Below, in pieces: positions 19,200-30,469 of a stretch of 64,000 bases of DNA. Origin of the DNA: Candidatus Heimdallarchaeota archaeon. GTDB lineage: Archaea > Asgardarchaeota > Heimdallarchaeia > Heimdallarchaeales > Heimdallarchaeaceae. A program made the translations under genes and the position numbers. Positions within the stretch are counted from its first letter, which is position 1. The number at the start of each line of letters is the position of its first letter. Below the pieces are notes generated by a model, which saw only the letters and a list, made by a program, of their open reading frames with translations, made no database searches and was not told the DNA's origin. The stretch is taken from the NCBI GenBank assembly GCA_018238545.1, contig JABCTC010000006.1:40609-104608 (forward strand), written 5' to 3'.

Positions 19200-20609
19200 T
19201 TGACGACAATGATGACTGTAGATCACCTTTCAGAAGAAAAGCAAAATTCTTTAGATTGGAAGCAGAATAATGATATTATTACAATACAAGTATTCGAGAT
19301 TAGTTTGAATAGGAGTCGAGATCAACTAGCAAATTTGTTAACGGAATTAAAGTCAAAAAACGTAATGTTTACTTTGAAAATAACAAGAAACAACCTTTTT
19401 CTCTTGATTTATTCTCTGAACAATTCAGGAAATACAAACAAAGAAACTGGGTTGATAAATCATGTTGTGCAAACTTATTCTCTCAATGATACAGTTAATG
19501 TAGAGGATTTTTTCATTCAAAATGTGAAGAAAGTAGTTCAAAAGGATTACATTCTACAATTCTTTCATGAAGGTGAAAAACAGTCCTATGCACTAGGGCT
19601 TTTGCTTTCTTCAATAGATTCAGATTCTAATAGTTTTTTGAAGCATTTTACTAATTTCATGGTTAATCTTGTGAAAGCTGATATTTTCTCAATAATTATT
19701 TCTTCTATCCCATCAATTGACAGAACAGCTTCAATACGCTCAAAATGGGCGCTAATGCTTCTCGCTCAATCTGATAACCGAATTCAGATAGAAAAAAAGG
19801 AAGAAACATTTCATCGTTTCCTAAATGCGAATTCATCAAAACTACATTGTAAATTATCATATATAACAAAGAAAGAATTCGTGAGGCACAAAACAAATTT
19901 TAGATACCTTGTTCCTTGGCATTATCATAAAGGCGATTTTGCAGATAATATTGAGATAAACAAATTACTGATATTTGATAACAATTCTCTTAATCCAACA
20001 GTAGAGCATTACACAAATACACTTAGTACAACCCAATCTACTCCAGTTAAAGAAAAACTAATAATCAAAGAAGCTCGGGTGGTTAAACGACCCTTTCCTT
20101 CTGTCAAAGCTTCAAAACCTAGCAAACACATTTCTCCCCCAGTAATTGTTGAAGCGGAGAGAAAACCCAATTTTACAAGAATGAAGAGGGACAAATATTT
20201 GGTAAGTAATTTAGACGATATTTCTATTCCTATGCCAAAAACAATGAATGTTGTTTTTGATTTAGAGTATTTGAAGGTAAGAATTAGCAAGATGTTTAAG
20301 GATTTCGAATTTAAAGAAACAGTGATTTTTGAGGATGATTTTGACTTGGTTCTTCGAAAAGGATCCTTTTATATATTTACTAAATTCTATAAGGAGATTC
20401 TAAATCAAGCTGAAGCCTATAAAATTATTGAACATTTAAGTAGTATAGCAGGGTTAAGGAACCAATTTTTATGTATTGTAGTTGCTGATACTATAGAAGA
20501 AAAATCTATGAAGATTCTAAACGAGTTTAATGTGCTTCATTTAACGTTAAGTGATGTTTTACTTGAGGATACGCTGAAAAATAAGATTTACAATACTATC
20601 TTAGCCTAG
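19200..20609 (+). CDS. Hypothetical protein with a P/K/S-rich linker and a C-terminal restriction-endonuclease-like domain
   Basis: Long ORF; the C-terminus DFDLVLRKGSFYIFTKF...LCIVVAD...NVLHL has Mrr-like topology without a clear ExK. Confidence 0.5.
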   Translation: MTTMMTVDHLSEEKQNSLDWKQNNDIITIQVFEISLNRSRDQLANLLTELKSKNVMFTLKITRNNLFLLIYSLNNSGNTNKETGLINHVVQTYSLNDTVNVEDFFIQNVKKVVQKDYILQFFHEGEKQSYALGLLLSSIDSDSNSFLKHFTNFMVNLVKADIFSIIISSIPSIDRTASIRSKWALMLLAQSDNRIQIEKKEETFHRFLNANSSKLHCKLSYITKKEFVRHKTNFRYLVPWHYHKGDFADNIEINKLLIFDNNSLNPTVEHYTNTLSTTQSTPVKEKLIIKEARVVKRPFPSVKASKPSKHISPPVIVEAERKPNFTRMKRDKYLVSNLDDISIPMPKTMNVVFDLEYLKVRISKMFKDFEFKETVIFEDDFDLVLRKGSFYIFTKFYKEILNQAEAYKIIEHLSSIAGLRNQFLCIVVADTIEEKSMKILNEFNVLHLTLSDVLLEDTLKNKIYNTILA

Positions 20610-20760
20610 AAAGATGGCTGTTTTTTACCACCTTTGTTTATAATGCTGCATCAATTATTGCGGATAATACAACTAGAAAACAGGGGAATGGCAGTTTCTT
20701 TCTTGTTGTCTTTTAGAATATTCTTACACTTCTAAGTATGCCTTAATAGAGTGATGAATA

Positions 20761-20832
20761 ATGATGAAACAAACATATGACCCTGAACCTGGCGATGACG
20801 ACATAGGACCACCGTTGTGGTTTCCTAATTAA
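20761..20832 (+). CDS. Candidate 23-aa peptide MMKQTYDPEPGDDDIGPPLWFPN
   Basis: GAGTGA SD-like motif upstream, GC-rich core (24/40 over 20781-20820) in an AT-rich spacer, and a poly-T tract after the stop. Below the ORF-track cutoff. Confidence 0.5.
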   Translation: MMKQTYDPEPGDDDIGPPLWFPN

Positions 20833-20992
20833 TTTTTTTTCTTAATCTGTTTTGAATGGATAATTTATATCAATGGTTTTTACTTATTTATTACCCGAGT
20901 TTATATATGAAATGTCGGATTAATTTATAGATAACTGTTGCGCGCATGTATTGAAAAAAATAATTGTGTAGTAAATCAGTTTTCAAAGAAGT

Positions 20993-22582
20993 TTGGTGAG
21001 AGTTGTGTTGGATTCTAATCTGTGGAACAAGATTAAATTAGTTAAAACAAAGGAAGATTTAAGACGTTTTATTGATGCCTTGAGAATTATTGCAGCTAAT
21101 GAAAAATCAGAAGGAGTAAGAGATCTCATTAATGAAACGATTAAAAAATCTCTAGAAATTGAGGATGGTATTTCTCGTATTCATCTGTACGAATTAGAAA
21201 TAAAGCAGATTTTTCATCAAACTACAGAATTGCCTAAGGCCGAGAAAAAACTAATAAAAATGAAAAAACAGTCAATTGAGCAGAATTACAAGGATGGTTT
21301 AATTCTTAGCCTTTCAATTGAGTGGGGAATTGAAAAACTAAAGGGAAACAAAGAGAATAGTAGAAGAGCCATTACTCAATGCATGACTCTGTTAGGAAAT
21401 AATAATGCTACCGACGAATATGTTTATCATATTTGCAGATACATTTATGCAACTGAACAGTGGATAGACGAGCACAACTACCAATGTTCAAACATCCTTG
21501 AGGGGCTTATTCCTTATTTTCATCGAAAAGGTTTCCACAGAAGCATTGCACAAATTCTAGGAATGTTGTTAATTATATATCAACACACTCAAAATGAAGC
21601 AAAAGCAAGTTATATAAGCGAACAGTTATTTAGCAAAAAATACCAAATTAGTCAGCAATCTGATGATTTCCAAGTAATGTCTTATTATTTAGCTGGTGTA
21701 GGGCAATTATTGGGTCACAATTTGAAACAAGCAGAGAATCTGTTCAATGAATCTTATGTCTTGTTAAATAAACAACTACAGCAGAGCAGTTACTATGCCT
21801 ATTATTATATTAGATTATTATCCCATATTGCGATTGTTCAAGCTCTGCAAGGTAAAATTGCTCTTTCATATGAAAATATTGGAAAAGTTGAAAAACTGCT
21901 TGAAGATGATTTCTTTTCAAAAAATATGGACCCATATAGTAAGAAACAAGTTCCACACACTTTGAATTTAATCAAATTCTATGTAAAATCACGTCTATAT
22001 GGCTTCAAAACTGAGAATATTCAATAGCTTATAGGACAGATATGTAGAGGGATTGAAGGTAATTATAGTGATTCGATCCTTCTCAGTGAATTTATTCTGA
22101 ATGCAGCATTAAATGAAAAACTGCTAGAAAAACTAATTGAATCAAATAACGCAAGTTTACTGCGAATTAAACACATCATAGAATATATGTTACTAAAATC
22201 ACAGAACAATGATGAAGATACTGTTGGTTCTTATAGAAACGCTCTAAATAGAAAATTGAAAACTAAACGGATTACTTTTATTGAACAAGTATTTTCTAAG
22301 CTTCTACTTGCTCAAGAACTTTTCAGTAAGCAACAATATTCAGAAATCGCTCCTCTATTGAAGAAATACGAGCACAGACTACGGCGAATTGAAGTCCTGG
22401 AAATGCGGATTTTTATGGAAGCTTTTATCCAAGTAGGTGCATATAAGAACGGAGATCCGCTTGGTCCAGCTTTACAGTATATGGCAATAAAGAAATGTAG
22501 AGATTATGGGTTTTCTAGATTGGAAAACAAACTGCTAGATTACTTACAACTACAGCGAAAGGAGATAACAAGAACTAAATAG
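20993..22582 (+). pseudogene. TPR-like alpha-helical protein (529 codons) interrupted by one in-frame TAG at 22025-22027
   Basis: ORFs 20993-22027 and 22187-22582 share a frame, and the gap reads open (LIGQICRGIEGNYSDSILLSEF...). TPR-like helices include YYLAGVGQLLGHNLKQAENLFNES. Confidence 0.75.
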
Positions 22583-22980
22583 GATTCAAGTGAGTTTTTC
22601 TATGCTCTTTGGATGTTTTTTGTTTGTCAAAACTCTTCAAGCTACAATGAAATCTTTCATGAATGAATTCCCAAAAAGAGAAGGAACTATGCAAGATGAA
22701 GAGTGAATCGAGTTTCGTTAAAGTTTGCTCAAGGGTTCCTTATCAATACTGATGTGGTTACAGCATACAACATATTAGTTAAAAACAACCTGAAAACACT
22801 ATCTAAACTTATTGTAGACGGGGGTAGGGGGGATACGTGGTGTATCTATTCAGCTTTTGTCTAAGGCGATAGGAGAACAATAACCCATCGAAAATCTAAT
22901 GAAAGCAGTATTTAATTTTTGTTTGAAAATCGTTTGATAAATTCACTACTTGTTTTCTGTATTACAGAAGATTATCAGTC

Positions 22981-23394
22981 ATGAAGAAAATAGTCATCAT
23001 TATGGGGGAAGAATCAAAACTAATAACATCGTACATTGCTAGTATTGTTAAGAAATACTTGCCGAAAAATGAGGAAATCATTCACAGCGGTCTATTCCTA
23101 TTATCTGCAAGAGAAGAACAATTGAAAATCCCAGATTGGTATTATAACGGATATTCAGTAATTTCAGAAACTGTATCAAGCTATCTCCAAGCTCTTTGCA
23201 TGGAAAAGACTCTTACATTTACCAATAATGGAATGTACTTATTTATAGATGATCAGAATGCAATTCCAAGTGAAGATATAGAAACCGCTGTTTCTACTGT
23301 CGATAACATCTTACCAGATTGTGAATCAGGCATAAAAATAATAAAAAAAGCCAATAAAGAGTTTCAATTGAAACATATTGGCGCTGTCAGATAA
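22981..23394 (+). CDS. Hypothetical protein
   Basis: 137-aa ORF with ATG start, convergent on the HD gene; no recognised motif. Confidence 0.6.
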   Translation: MKKIVIIMGEESKLITSYIASIVKKYLPKNEEIIHSGLFLLSAREEQLKIPDWYYNGYSVISETVSSYLQALCMEKTLTFTNNGMYLFIDDQNAIPSEDIETAVSTVDNILPDCESGIKIIKKANKEFQLKHIGAVR

Positions 23395-23398
23395 TCTC

Positions 23399-24775
23399 CT
23401 AGTATGATGTTAAGGAAACATTTTTCTTTTTATCTTCTTCACTAGGTCGTATTTTTTTCCATATATCAGAGATGATCTTTGATTCATCTGGATGAGCATA
23501 GACTCTCACAAGTGTGAACAACGAGCGATATGCTCTAGGGCCTGAGAATGTTGTAATATATGTTGTTGTATTAAGAGCCTCATTTAATGTAAAGGAACTA
23601 CTTCCTGAGCGTATACGATCGTGAGGGTCGTAGATGTAAATGTTTGATGCTTGAAATTCTTGTTCGTTTATAGTTGAAAGTTTGTATGTAGAATCTATCT
23701 TCATTTTGTTTTCAAGAACAATATTATTCTCTTTACAGTCTTGTTCGATTCTCTTAATAAATGACTCTTGAGCGGTTAGCTTACATAACCCTTCCACAGT
23801 AATTCCTAGATTTTCAGCTGTTGATTCATCGATTATTTTTTCCCAGACTGACTTATAGAGCCGTCTATCAAACAAATCCTTAGCTAATGATTTTGCTTTC
23901 TTGAGCTCATCTGAATCCTTTGAGAAGAGCTCTCCAAGTAGTGTATATTCATTTAGATAAGTATATTCAGCTAAATCATTAGTTCGGTCTATAAGATTCA
24001 GTGGATCACAGGCTTCCCCAAGCATTTCGTGAATTGTGATATCAGCTGCCCTTGCAGTTTTATGAAAATAGACATTTTTATATTCGAAAAACCTTCCAAT
24101 CATTGATGAATAGATATCATCTAGACATTTCCAATTATAATGAATTGCATCTTTATCAAGGTGTTTTCTGATTGTAGTGTTATTGATAATCCTATTTACT
24201 GCAATAATTCCAAAGTGCAATGTTCCTGCAAAAAATGAATCTCTTAACATAAAATCTAAACGATCTGCACCTAAAGCTCCTTGAATAAGGGGATGCATAA
24301 GATAGTTTTCACCATTCCAAATCTTCATTAGTTCCTTTGGATTTGTAAATTCTTCAATGAATGGGAGAAGAAATTCTGATACAATCATTTTATCACGGTG
24401 AACATCGTGACCATGAGGTGCTTTTGGATATACTCTTTTAAAGACTACATCATCGTAAGTATGACTAAATGGACCATGACCTATATCGTGAAGTAATCCA
24501 GCTAAACGTGCTAACTGCACTTTTTCAACAACGTCTTCGTCCTCTCTAAAAACTTCTTCTGCATAACGACCAGCTAAGTGCATAACCCCAACGCTGTGAG
24601 TAAACCTAGTATGAACAGCAGAAGGGTATACTTGACGAACACCCGATAATTGGCTAATCCATCTTAATCTTTGGAAAATCGGTGTATCAACAATTTTATT
24701 TTCTAGGACCGTCATCCGTATTTCATCGTAAATGGGGTCTCTAATTGTGCGAACGAAGTTTAGAACGTCCTTCAT
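23399..24775 (-). CDS. HD-domain phosphohydrolase (SAMHD1/dGTPase-like)
   Basis: IRDPIY, FQRLRWISQL, HTRFTHSVG, LLHDIGHGPFSH, ADRLDFMLRDS, VYFHKT. Confidence 0.93.
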   Translation of the reverse strand: MKDVLNFVRTIRDPIYDEIRMTVLENKIVDTPIFQRLRWISQLSGVRQVYPSAVHTRFTHSVGVMHLAGRYAEEVFREDEDVVEKVQLARLAGLLHDIGHGPFSHTYDDVVFKRVYPKAPHGHDVHRDKMIVSEFLLPFIEEFTNPKELMKIWNGENYLMHPLIQGALGADRLDFMLRDSFFAGTLHFGIIAVNRIINNTTIRKHLDKDAIHYNWKCLDDIYSSMIGRFFEYKNVYFHKTARAADITIHEMLGEACDPLNLIDRTNDLAEYTYLNEYTLLGELFSKDSDELKKAKSLAKDLFDRRLYKSVWEKIIDESTAENLGITVEGLCKLTAQESFIKRIEQDCKENNIVLENKMKIDSTYKLSTINEQEFQASNIYIYDPHDRIRSGSSSFTLNEALNTTTYITTFSGPRAYRSLFTLVRVYAHPDESKIISDIWKKIRPSEEDKKKNVSLTSY

Positions 24776-24918
24776 ATCAATTCCTCTTTGTTTATCTATT
24801 TAATATTACAACCTTTTAATCTTTTTCCTCTTAACTAAATTCACGACAAAAAACATTTCGGCACCTCTAATGAGGAAAAGGCTCGCGAAACATCTTTTTT
24901 TACTTATTAAAAAAGTGT

Positions 24919-24995
24919 TGGTGGACCGACCGGGATTTGAACCCGGGGCCTCTTCGTTGCGAACGAAGCGATCTTCCAAGCTGATCTACCGGCCC
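24919..24995 (-). tRNA. tRNA-Ala(CGC), CCA encoded
   Basis: Reverse complement GGGCCGG...CTTCG-TT-CGC-AA-CGAAG...GGTTCAAATCC...TCGGTCC-ACCA; G3:U70 present. Confidence 0.96.
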
Positions 24996-25113
24996 GCTTA
25001 TTAACACATGTTATTATTTAATAGAATCTGAGACTTTAAATTGTCTAATTATGGACTCTATTGTGGCTTAAGCTTTATACATTGAGAAAAAGAAAGGGGG
25101 ATTGTAGTTAAAA

Positions 25114-25527
25114 CTAAGAAACTGGTTTGACTCTCATGATTTTGCTTTTACCGAAAGCTTTCCAGTATTCAACTTCCGCTCCTTCTGTGATTAATTTTTT
25201 CAATTCTTCTTCAGTTGGAAATGCGGCTTCGAATGTATCGTAAGTTTCAAGATCCATTAATTGAATACTATCACTACCTATAGAGATAACCTGTGCATTT
25301 CTTTTGTCAATAATTGGGGATTGTAATTTGGTATCACCAGGAATAGAAATTTCAGTTTTGCTACCAGTAAAAATATTCTCAATCTTCATTCTACACTTTG
25401 CATGTCCGTGTTTTCCTGTTTTTGATTTTTCGATTCCACGGACTAAAAAAACCTCACCATTTTGAATTATATGGTTACCTTCTTTGACTTGACCTGCTTT
25501 AATATTCTCGACATCTTGTTCTGACAT
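25114..25527 (-). CDS. eif5a: Translation factor aIF5A/eIF5A
   Basis: Hypusine-site motif KSKTGKHGHAK; IQLMDLETYDTF. Confidence 0.97.
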   Translation of the reverse strand: MSEQDVENIKAGQVKEGNHIIQNGEVFLVRGIEKSKTGKHGHAKCRMKIENIFTGSKTEISIPGDTKLQSPIIDKRNAQVISIGSDSIQLMDLETYDTFEAAFPTEEELKKLITEGAEVEYWKAFGKSKIMRVKPVS

Positions 25528-25755
25528 GTTTTCTCCTCTTCTTTATTTAATTTTGGTAAATGTTCTGAACGTTGATTTTACACATTACATATGAAGGAGT
25601 ACCACATTTGTGGTTGCTAATCCATGATTTATTTCAATATATTTAAAGGATTTTGTTTTTATTCTATTAATTATATCAATTTGTGATAAACATTTCAATT
25701 TAAATGAAACTAGGATTCAAAAACAAATCAAATTGAATAAAAAGAAGAGATGAGA

Positions 25756-26199
25756 TTATCTCTGAGGTTTGGCTTTGCGTCCAGTTACTAATTGACTAAC
25801 AGCAATACCGTTGATATGTGTAACTTGCCATTTAACACCTGGAATATCTCCCATAGCTCCCTTTTGAGCTCCTCCAATACTGCATACAAGAACCTCATCA
25901 TGTTCATCTATGTATAAAAGCCCTCCATCATGAGGAACAAAAGCCCCAACCTGTTTACCATTTTTGGTTAATCTTACTCTAACGCATTTTCGTAATGCAG
26001 AGTTTGGTTGTTTACTTTCTACACCGTATTTTTCTACAACAATTCCTCTAGCAGCTGGAGCACCTTCTAATGGGTCTGTTTTTTTATCTAATCTTAACAT
26101 TCTTCGTTTGTAATGAATATCTTTCCAGCGAAAATGCTTTCTCTTATTGGATAGTTTTCGAGCAGCAAATTCTCCTTTTGGACTCTTTGATCCAGTCAT
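25756..26199 (-). CDS. rps12: 30S ribosomal protein S12 (uS12)
   Basis: [21 protein letters not shown]. Confidence 0.98.
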   Translation of the reverse strand: MTGSKSPKGEFAARKLSNKRKHFRWKDIHYKRRMLRLDKKTDPLEGAPAARGIVVEKYGVESKQPNSALRKCVRVRLTKNGKQVGAFVPHDGGLLYIDEHDEVLVCSIGGAQKGAMGDIPGVKWQVTHINGIAVSQLVTGRKAKPQR

Positions 26200-26345
26200 T
26201 TTAAATCACGTATTTTATAGGCTTTATTGCTCTTAAATTGTATTAAAGCTATTAAGCAATCATCCCTCATACACTTTTAATAAAAACTTTCTGTTCTTTT
26301 ACTTCTACATGATAAAAAAAAATAGGCGCAAGAAAAAAAGTTTTT

Positions 26346-27554
<1,209 letters not shown>

Positions 27555-30251
27555 TTAATCTTCCTCCTCATTGTCAGCTTCTTCTGGATGCGTTTCTAAG
27601 ATTTTGTTTACAATAATGGAAACGTTTACAGCTTTACCGTGATCACTTTTGGCTGGATCAACATTGTCCTCTCCATACAAGAATTGTACAATCTCACCTG
27701 TGGCGTTTCGAACAGTTTTATCATAGCTTGATGATATGTCTTGTAGGGCATTTACCAGTCTTCTTTGCATATACCCACTCTGAGATGTCCGAACGGCTGT
27801 ATCAACTAACCCTTCTCTTCCACCTGCAGCGTGCATAAAGAATTCAACTGGATTTAAACCACTTCTAAAACTACTATCAACAAAACCATGTGCCTCAGCA
27901 GAAAGATCCCCTCGCTTAAAGAAGGGAAGAACTCTATCTCTATACCCGCGTTGGATTCTTTGACCTCGGACAGCTTGTTGTCCAACACAAGAACTCATTT
28001 GTCCAAGATTTAACATGTTTCCCCTAGCCCCAGTTTTTGCCATGATTAAGGCCTCGTTTTCTGGATCAAGATAGCTTGCTCCTACATCTGAAGCATCGGT
28101 TCTTGCCTTTGCTAAAATTTCCATAATTCTTGCTTCTAGTGTTTCTTCTTCAGTACGACCTGCTTGGCGTTCAAGAGTCCCATCACCATATTTTTTGATG
28201 ATATTTTGAACGTCCTTCTTTGCTTTCCCTAGAATTTCAGCAATTTTCTTATCAGCTTCCTTTGGAATATTGATGTCACTACCACTCAAACTAAAACCTC
28301 TAAGTGTGATATTTGTAATTAACATCCGAGTAACACTGTCAAGAAAACCTCTAGTGACATCTGCACCATACTCTTTCAGTATTCTATGAAGAACACTATC
28401 TGGAACTTCTGCACCAAAAGCTTTTTTGTCAATAATACCAGAAACTAAGACTCCATCTCTAATCAGAATATAGCCCTCTATTTCGCATTTTACCTTCTTA
28501 CACGTTTCACGCTTTTCACAGAGGTTATTATACATAGTAAAATTGAACGTATCTGGAAGAAGAGCACTGAATAGCGTTTTTCCACTCCACAATGGTTCAC
28601 CGTTATCACCTTTTAAATCAGGTTTAGGAAGTTCTTCTAGACCTGCAGCAGTAATTAATTGGGCTGCTTCACTCTTTGAATATTTAGCATCTTTTCGAGT
28701 TAGGTAATATCCACTTGTAATAAAGTCTTGAATAGCTCCAATAATTGGTCCCCCATATCTTGGAGTACTTATTTGCTCTTGAACCCTCATCAAAATACGG
28801 GCCTCAGCTTGAGCTTCTTCACTTTGTGGAACATGAAGATTCATTTCATCTCCATCAAAATCTGCATTATATGGTCTGCATACTGGAAGAGTCAATCTGA
28901 AGGTTTTATATGGAACAACCTTTACTTCATGAGCCATAATACTCATTCTATGCAGACTTGGCTGTCTATTAAAAAGAACAACGTCTCCATTTCGTAAATG
29001 TCTTTCAATTATGAATTCAGGTTGAAGAGAATCGGCAACAGCTTGTAAGTTTCTTGCATATCGTAAATCTACTCTTCGTCCATCAGGTCGAATTATATAA
29101 TTTACACCTGGAAATGTACGAGGACCTTTCATTACAAGTTCTTTCATTTCTTCAATATTCCATTCTGTTATTCTTTCAGGGACAGTTAATATTTCTGCAA
29201 TATCTTTGGGAACTCCTACTTCATTAATGCTAAGCAAAGGATCGGGACTGATAACAGTTCTCGCACTGAAATCTACTCTTTTTCCGCTAAGGTTAGCTCT
29301 AAATCTCCCTTCTTTACCTTTCAATCTCTGTGTGATTGTTCTCAATGCTCTACCGCTTCTATGTCTTGCAGGAGGAATGCCGCTAATTTCGTTATCAAAA
29401 TAAGTGCTTACGTGATATTGCAATAATTCCCATAAATCTTCTACAATGAGTTGTGGGGCACCGGCTTCACGGTTTTCTAATAATCGCTGATTAATTCTAA
29501 TAATATCTACAAGTTTGTGAGTTAAATCATCTTCAGATCTAATACCATTCTCGAGAGTAATGCTTGGTCTAACACTTACTGGAGGGACTGGTAAAACCCA
29601 GAGTATCGTCCATTCAGGTCTTGCAACACTTGGTTTAATACCTAACAATCTACAATCTTCATTTGAAATATCCTTAAACCAACTATGAATATCGAGTGGA
29701 GATAATTTATTTGTTTGTTTTTGACCTGTTTCCGTTTCGATTTCTTCGAAATAAGTTGTAGGTTTTTCAAGCCTAATTTTATTCTGAGGTTCACTGCAAT
29801 AAGGACAAGCATTCCTCTTTGCTGCTTTTTTCAGGATTTCCTCTACTAGATCATAATCAGGTAATCCCCATTGTTCCTCATATTCATCCATTTTTCCAGA
29901 AATTTCTGTAATTTCTTCTGGGTCAAGTAAAACTCTGTGACATGACCGACATGTTGCGCGAAGAACTTTGTAAAGAAGTTTATTAAAACCAACATGAATG
30001 ACCGGTCGAGATAATTCTATATGACCAAAGTGACCAGGACATCCTCCTACTCTAGCTCCACAAGTCTTGCACCTCTGACCAGGGTCAATAGTGCCTAAAA
30101 GACCATCCATTAAACCGGAGGTAATGGGAGTCCCGTCAGCATCGTAAGTATCAGGGGTGATAATGCGTTCAACTGATAATTTTCTGATAGTATCTGGATC
30201 AAGAAGACCAAACCGAATTCCAGATATTGATTTATAGCTTTCTGAGCTCAT
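27555..30251 (-). CDS. rpoA1: RNA polymerase subunit A' (Rpo1N)
   Basis: CPGHFGHIEL, GKRVDFSARTVI, catalytic YNADFDGDEMN, GGREGLVDTAVRT. Confidence 0.99.
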   Translation of the reverse strand: MSSESYKSISGIRFGLLDPDTIRKLSVERIITPDTYDADGTPITSGLMDGLLGTIDPGQRCKTCGARVGGCPGHFGHIELSRPVIHVGFNKLLYKVLRATCRSCHRVLLDPEEITEISGKMDEYEEQWGLPDYDLVEEILKKAAKRNACPYCSEPQNKIRLEKPTTYFEEIETETGQKQTNKLSPLDIHSWFKDISNEDCRLLGIKPSVARPEWTILWVLPVPPVSVRPSITLENGIRSEDDLTHKLVDIIRINQRLLENREAGAPQLIVEDLWELLQYHVSTYFDNEISGIPPARHRSGRALRTITQRLKGKEGRFRANLSGKRVDFSARTVISPDPLLSINEVGVPKDIAEILTVPERITEWNIEEMKELVMKGPRTFPGVNYIIRPDGRRVDLRYARNLQAVADSLQPEFIIERHLRNGDVVLFNRQPSLHRMSIMAHEVKVVPYKTFRLTLPVCRPYNADFDGDEMNLHVPQSEEAQAEARILMRVQEQISTPRYGGPIIGAIQDFITSGYYLTRKDAKYSKSEAAQLITAAGLEELPKPDLKGDNGEPLWSGKTLFSALLPDTFNFTMYNNLCEKRETCKKVKCEIEGYILIRDGVLVSGIIDKKAFGAEVPDSVLHRILKEYGADVTRGFLDSVTRMLITNITLRGFSLSGSDINIPKEADKKIAEILGKAKKDVQNIIKKYGDGTLERQAGRTEEETLEARIMEILAKARTDASDVGASYLDPENEALIMAKTGARGNMLNLGQMSSCVGQQAVRGQRIQRGYRDRVLPFFKRGDLSAEAHGFVDSSFRSGLNPVEFFMHAAGGREGLVDTAVRTSQSGYMQRRLVNALQDISSSYDKTVRNATGEIVQFLYGEDNVDPAKSDHGKAVNVSIIVNKILETHPEEADNEEED

Positions 30252-30469
30252 TTTTAATCTCCAAAAACCTTTGAATCTCTACACTAATTTAACATAATGT
30301 AGCTAACCTTATTTCTCGACCTTAGCGATTTGATAAAAATCTTTTGATTCTCAACCAGTAATAAAACATAGTACATTTTCTGATTTGGTTGATTATACTC
30401 GATTAGAACCAATAGATTCGGTAACTACTTAGAATTTATTAAGTGGTTTTAGTATCGTATAAGTGTTAA

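Noticed and set aside
20993-22582. Genome-wide TAG recoding
   Set aside because: TAG ends conserved genes at their expected lengths (rfcS 4651, rtcA 11243, rpl3 12421).
22602-22706. 34-codon ORF MLFGCFLFVKTLQATMKSF... after the TPR-like gene
   Set aside because: Weak start context and no compositional signal; cannot be distinguished from chance.
24855-24892. Hairpin TTTCG..CCTC-TAAT-GAGG..CGAAA
   Set aside because: Adequately explained as a terminator or trailer downstream of tRNA-Ala.
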